DNA of 64,000 nucleotides from a virus (Duplodnaviria; Caudoviricetes): IMG/VR virus record IMGVR_UViG_2660238657_000001, positions 32,001 to 96,000 of that record; one strand, 5' to 3'. Shown piece by piece: positions 61,812 to 64,000 of this stretch (position 1 is its first letter; each line of letters starts with the position of its first letter). The notes under the pieces were generated by a model. It saw only the letters and a program-made list of their open reading frames with translations, ran no database searches and was not told where the DNA came from. The position numbers and the translations under genes were made by a program.

Positions 61812-61923
61812 AATATGTACCTCCTAAATTTATTTTTTAATATTTAGGGCTAGACTAAGTATAATCTAGTCCTGATGTATATGTTTATATTTTTAATTAA
61901 ATTTTATATTTTTATATGTATAA

Positions 61924-62718
61924 TTAAGCTCCTATACTTCTATCTTGCATAATTTTATTGTATAGATATGTTTGTCCTTTACCTGTCACATATGTAGTAG
62001 TTTGTATAATTTCGCCTTTAAATCCTAAATCAACGATTCTTTCTTTTGTCTCAAAAATTTCTCTTTCTAAGTATTGTCTATAAGGTTGATTACTTTTATT
62101 TAAATACTCTTTATTTCTCAACCATTGCAATAATTTATTCCTTCCAAAATTTTTGATATTCATTAAGTCAGCGAATTTTTTCATACTAATACTCGCCTTG
62201 GTAAATTCTATTTTATCTGCAAAATTAATTTTTGGTTTGGCTTCTTCAAGTTGCTGTTCAGCTAGTTTTCTTTTCTGTCGTTCTTCTTTTAAATTAGTTG
62301 CTAATTTAATTATTGTGTCAGGATCAGTTAATATTTCTTCTATGGTATCTTCTGTCATATATGCACCATGTTTACGAATAGACGGAATTACATCTACTGC
62401 TAACCATTGTTGAAATTTAATAGCTTTATTATTATTAGCTTTCATAGCTAATAAATAAAGTGCTGATTCTGGAATATAATCTTCTTTTTTGATTTCGGAC
62501 TCTTTAAGTCCGAAAGATTTTAAGTGTTTATTTATATTTTGCATATGTGGTCGTATATACTCTTTTCCATTTTTTCTATCTACTTTTACTATATTAAGTC
62601 CTATTGCTACATCTTCAACATTAACTGAAATATTACCGTCTTTATCTACTAATGTTCTCGCATTTAATCCTAATTCTTCATTTTTAAATATTTGTACTTG
62701 TTTATTTTCCATAAACAC
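61924..62718 (-). CDS. Phage antirepressor (BRO-N plus KilAC)
   Basis: IPES.LY.L, FQ.WL...V.PSIRKHGAY, KPK..FAD, GRNKL..WLR, VTGKGQ. Confidence 0.92.
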   Translation of the reverse strand: MFMENKQVQIFKNEELGLNARTLVDKDGNISVNVEDVAIGLNIVKVDRKNGKEYIRPHMQNINKHLKSFGLKESEIKKEDYIPESALYLLAMKANNNKAIKFQQWLAVDVIPSIRKHGAYMTEDTIEEILTDPDTIIKLATNLKEERQKRKLAEQQLEEAKPKINFADKIEFTKASISMKKFADLMNIKNFGRNKLLQWLRNKEYLNKSNQPYRQYLEREIFETKERIVDLGFKGEIIQTTTYVTGKGQTYLYNKIMQDRSIGA

Positions 62719-62769
62719 CCTCCTAAATTTTTTATTTTAAATTTATTTTTAATTATTTCTTATTGTCTT

Positions 62770-63057
62770 TTACTCTTCCAAATTGTTTATCTCTTTACGT
62801 CTTAAAGTTTTAATTTTTCTTAAAAATACTTTATTTTTTAAAATATCTTTACCAAATATTCTTATAAACTCTTCATTAAAATCCATAAGATTAAGATTAT
62901 TTACAGAAGTTTTATAACAAATAGGATCTCTATACCAATAATAAGACTCTAAACAATCTGCTATATAGCCTTGTGTAGAATAATCCCAACCATCAGCATC
63001 AAACATACTTATAACTTCTTCTTTATGTTTTTTAATAAATTCTTTTTTAGTTATCAT
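62770..63057 (-). CDS. Hypothetical protein
   Basis: 95-aa ORF. Confidence 0.55.
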   Translation of the reverse strand: MITKKEFIKKHKEEVISMFDADGWDYSTQGYIADCLESYYWYRDPICYKTSVNNLNLMDFNEEFIRIFGKDILKNKVFLRKIKTLRRKEINNLEE

Positions 63058-63187
63058 TAAATCGGAATAATTATTTTTAAGAAATTGATTTATGAATTGA
63101 TTTCTTTTTCCTTTTAGATTTAATATTCCAATTTTCTATATTTATATATCGGTATTTAGACATAAACATACCTCCTAATTTTTAATT

Positions 63188-63367
63188 TTATTTTGAAACA
63201 ATATTGATATTATCTACAATAACGCTTCCTATTGCCCCACCTATAAAAGCCACACTAAATTTAAGATTATCTACATAGCTGTATAAACGAAAAACTGTAT
63301 ACACTATTAATAAACTAATCATTAATATTAAAAAATTTCTTGATATTATTTTAAATGCTATTTTCAT
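63188..63367 (-). CDS. Small membrane protein (59 aa)
   Basis: AAGGAGGTG RBS, two hydrophobic segments. Confidence 0.55.
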   Translation of the reverse strand: MKIAFKIISRNFLILMISLLIVYTVFRLYSYVDNLKFSVAFIGGAIGSVIVDNINIVSK

Positions 63368-63494
63368 ACTACAATCACCTCCTTTCGTATAAAATTTTAA
63401 TTTATTTTTTTAATAAAATACTTCTTTTATGAATTGGGTTAGTACATAAGCACTAACCCATATAATTTATATGTATATATGTATAATTTAGTGG

Positions 63495-64000
63495 TTAACA
63501 AGCAATTTGCGTTTCTTTTGTTATAGCCAAACATAGATTTTTATATCTAGTTTCACAAGCATTTTTAATTAGTTTTTGCCTTAATAAAAATTCAGCTCCA
63601 CCAGTAACTAAATTACTATCTAATATTTGTAACTCATACAATGCTTGATTAACCTCACAATCAAGATGTTCTCTTGTTTGGTTGTCTTTAGCACCTAATA
63701 TTTTTCTAATTTCTTTTGCTTTCTTACCCAATAAAGCCTCATTAATCATATCAGCTTCGGTGTAAAATAAAGCACTATTTGGTTTTTTATAATTATTATT
63801 TTTCATATAAACTAATTGCAAACACCTACATAATTCTTTGTACCCTTCTTTTTCAGGCTCTCTAATAACAACCCATTTATCCATTTTCCTTAATGCTTTT
63901 TCCATTAGTATAAAATATGTACGTGTTAATCTTCCTTTTGGTGTATGTTCTGACATGGCTACATTTTTAGCACACTCAAGAGTTAAGTAATAATCTGATT
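63495..64000 (-). CDS. C-terminal part of an AntA/AntB-like antirepressor (starts beyond the window)
   Basis: DYYLTLECAKNVAM....G...R.YFI.ME. Confidence 0.65.
   Translation of the reverse strand, partial: SDYYLTLECAKNVAMSEHTPKGRLTRTYFILMEKALRKMDKWVVIREPEKEGYKELCRCLQLVYMKNNNYKKPNSALFYTEADMINEALLGKKAKEIRKILGAKDNQTREHLDCEVNQALYELQILDSNLVTGGAEFLLRQKLIKNACETRYKNLCLAITKETQIAC

Overview
AT-rich, almost entirely minus-strand segment of a large Firmicute (Clostridium-like) SPbeta/c-st-type phage or phage-plasmid. It holds a nucleotide-metabolism and replication module (nrdD, recD2, dnaE, PD-(D/E)XK nuclease, primase, DnaB helicase, AAA ATPase, ligase), an iteron-type Rep origin, a YopQ/YopR-like repressor pair next to a MazF-like gene, three DNA methyltransferases including an orphan BREX PglX, and antirepressor-type genes. 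Parasitic and catalytic elements: a group I intron with GIY-YIG endonuclease in nrdD, a LAGLIDADG intein in dnaE, a group II intron, a TnpB-only IS, an IS1595 remnant and a twister ribozyme. Two signals are not explained by standard annotation. (1) About 15 copies of a palindrome ATAAAA-N6-TTTTAT sit at 3' ends and boundaries of accessory genes, suggesting an integron/pdif-like cassette system. (2) A six-gene tandem array of winged-helix paralogs has a constant wing motif and varied recognition helices. All calls were made by eye from the sequence and recalled family motifs; no searches were run.
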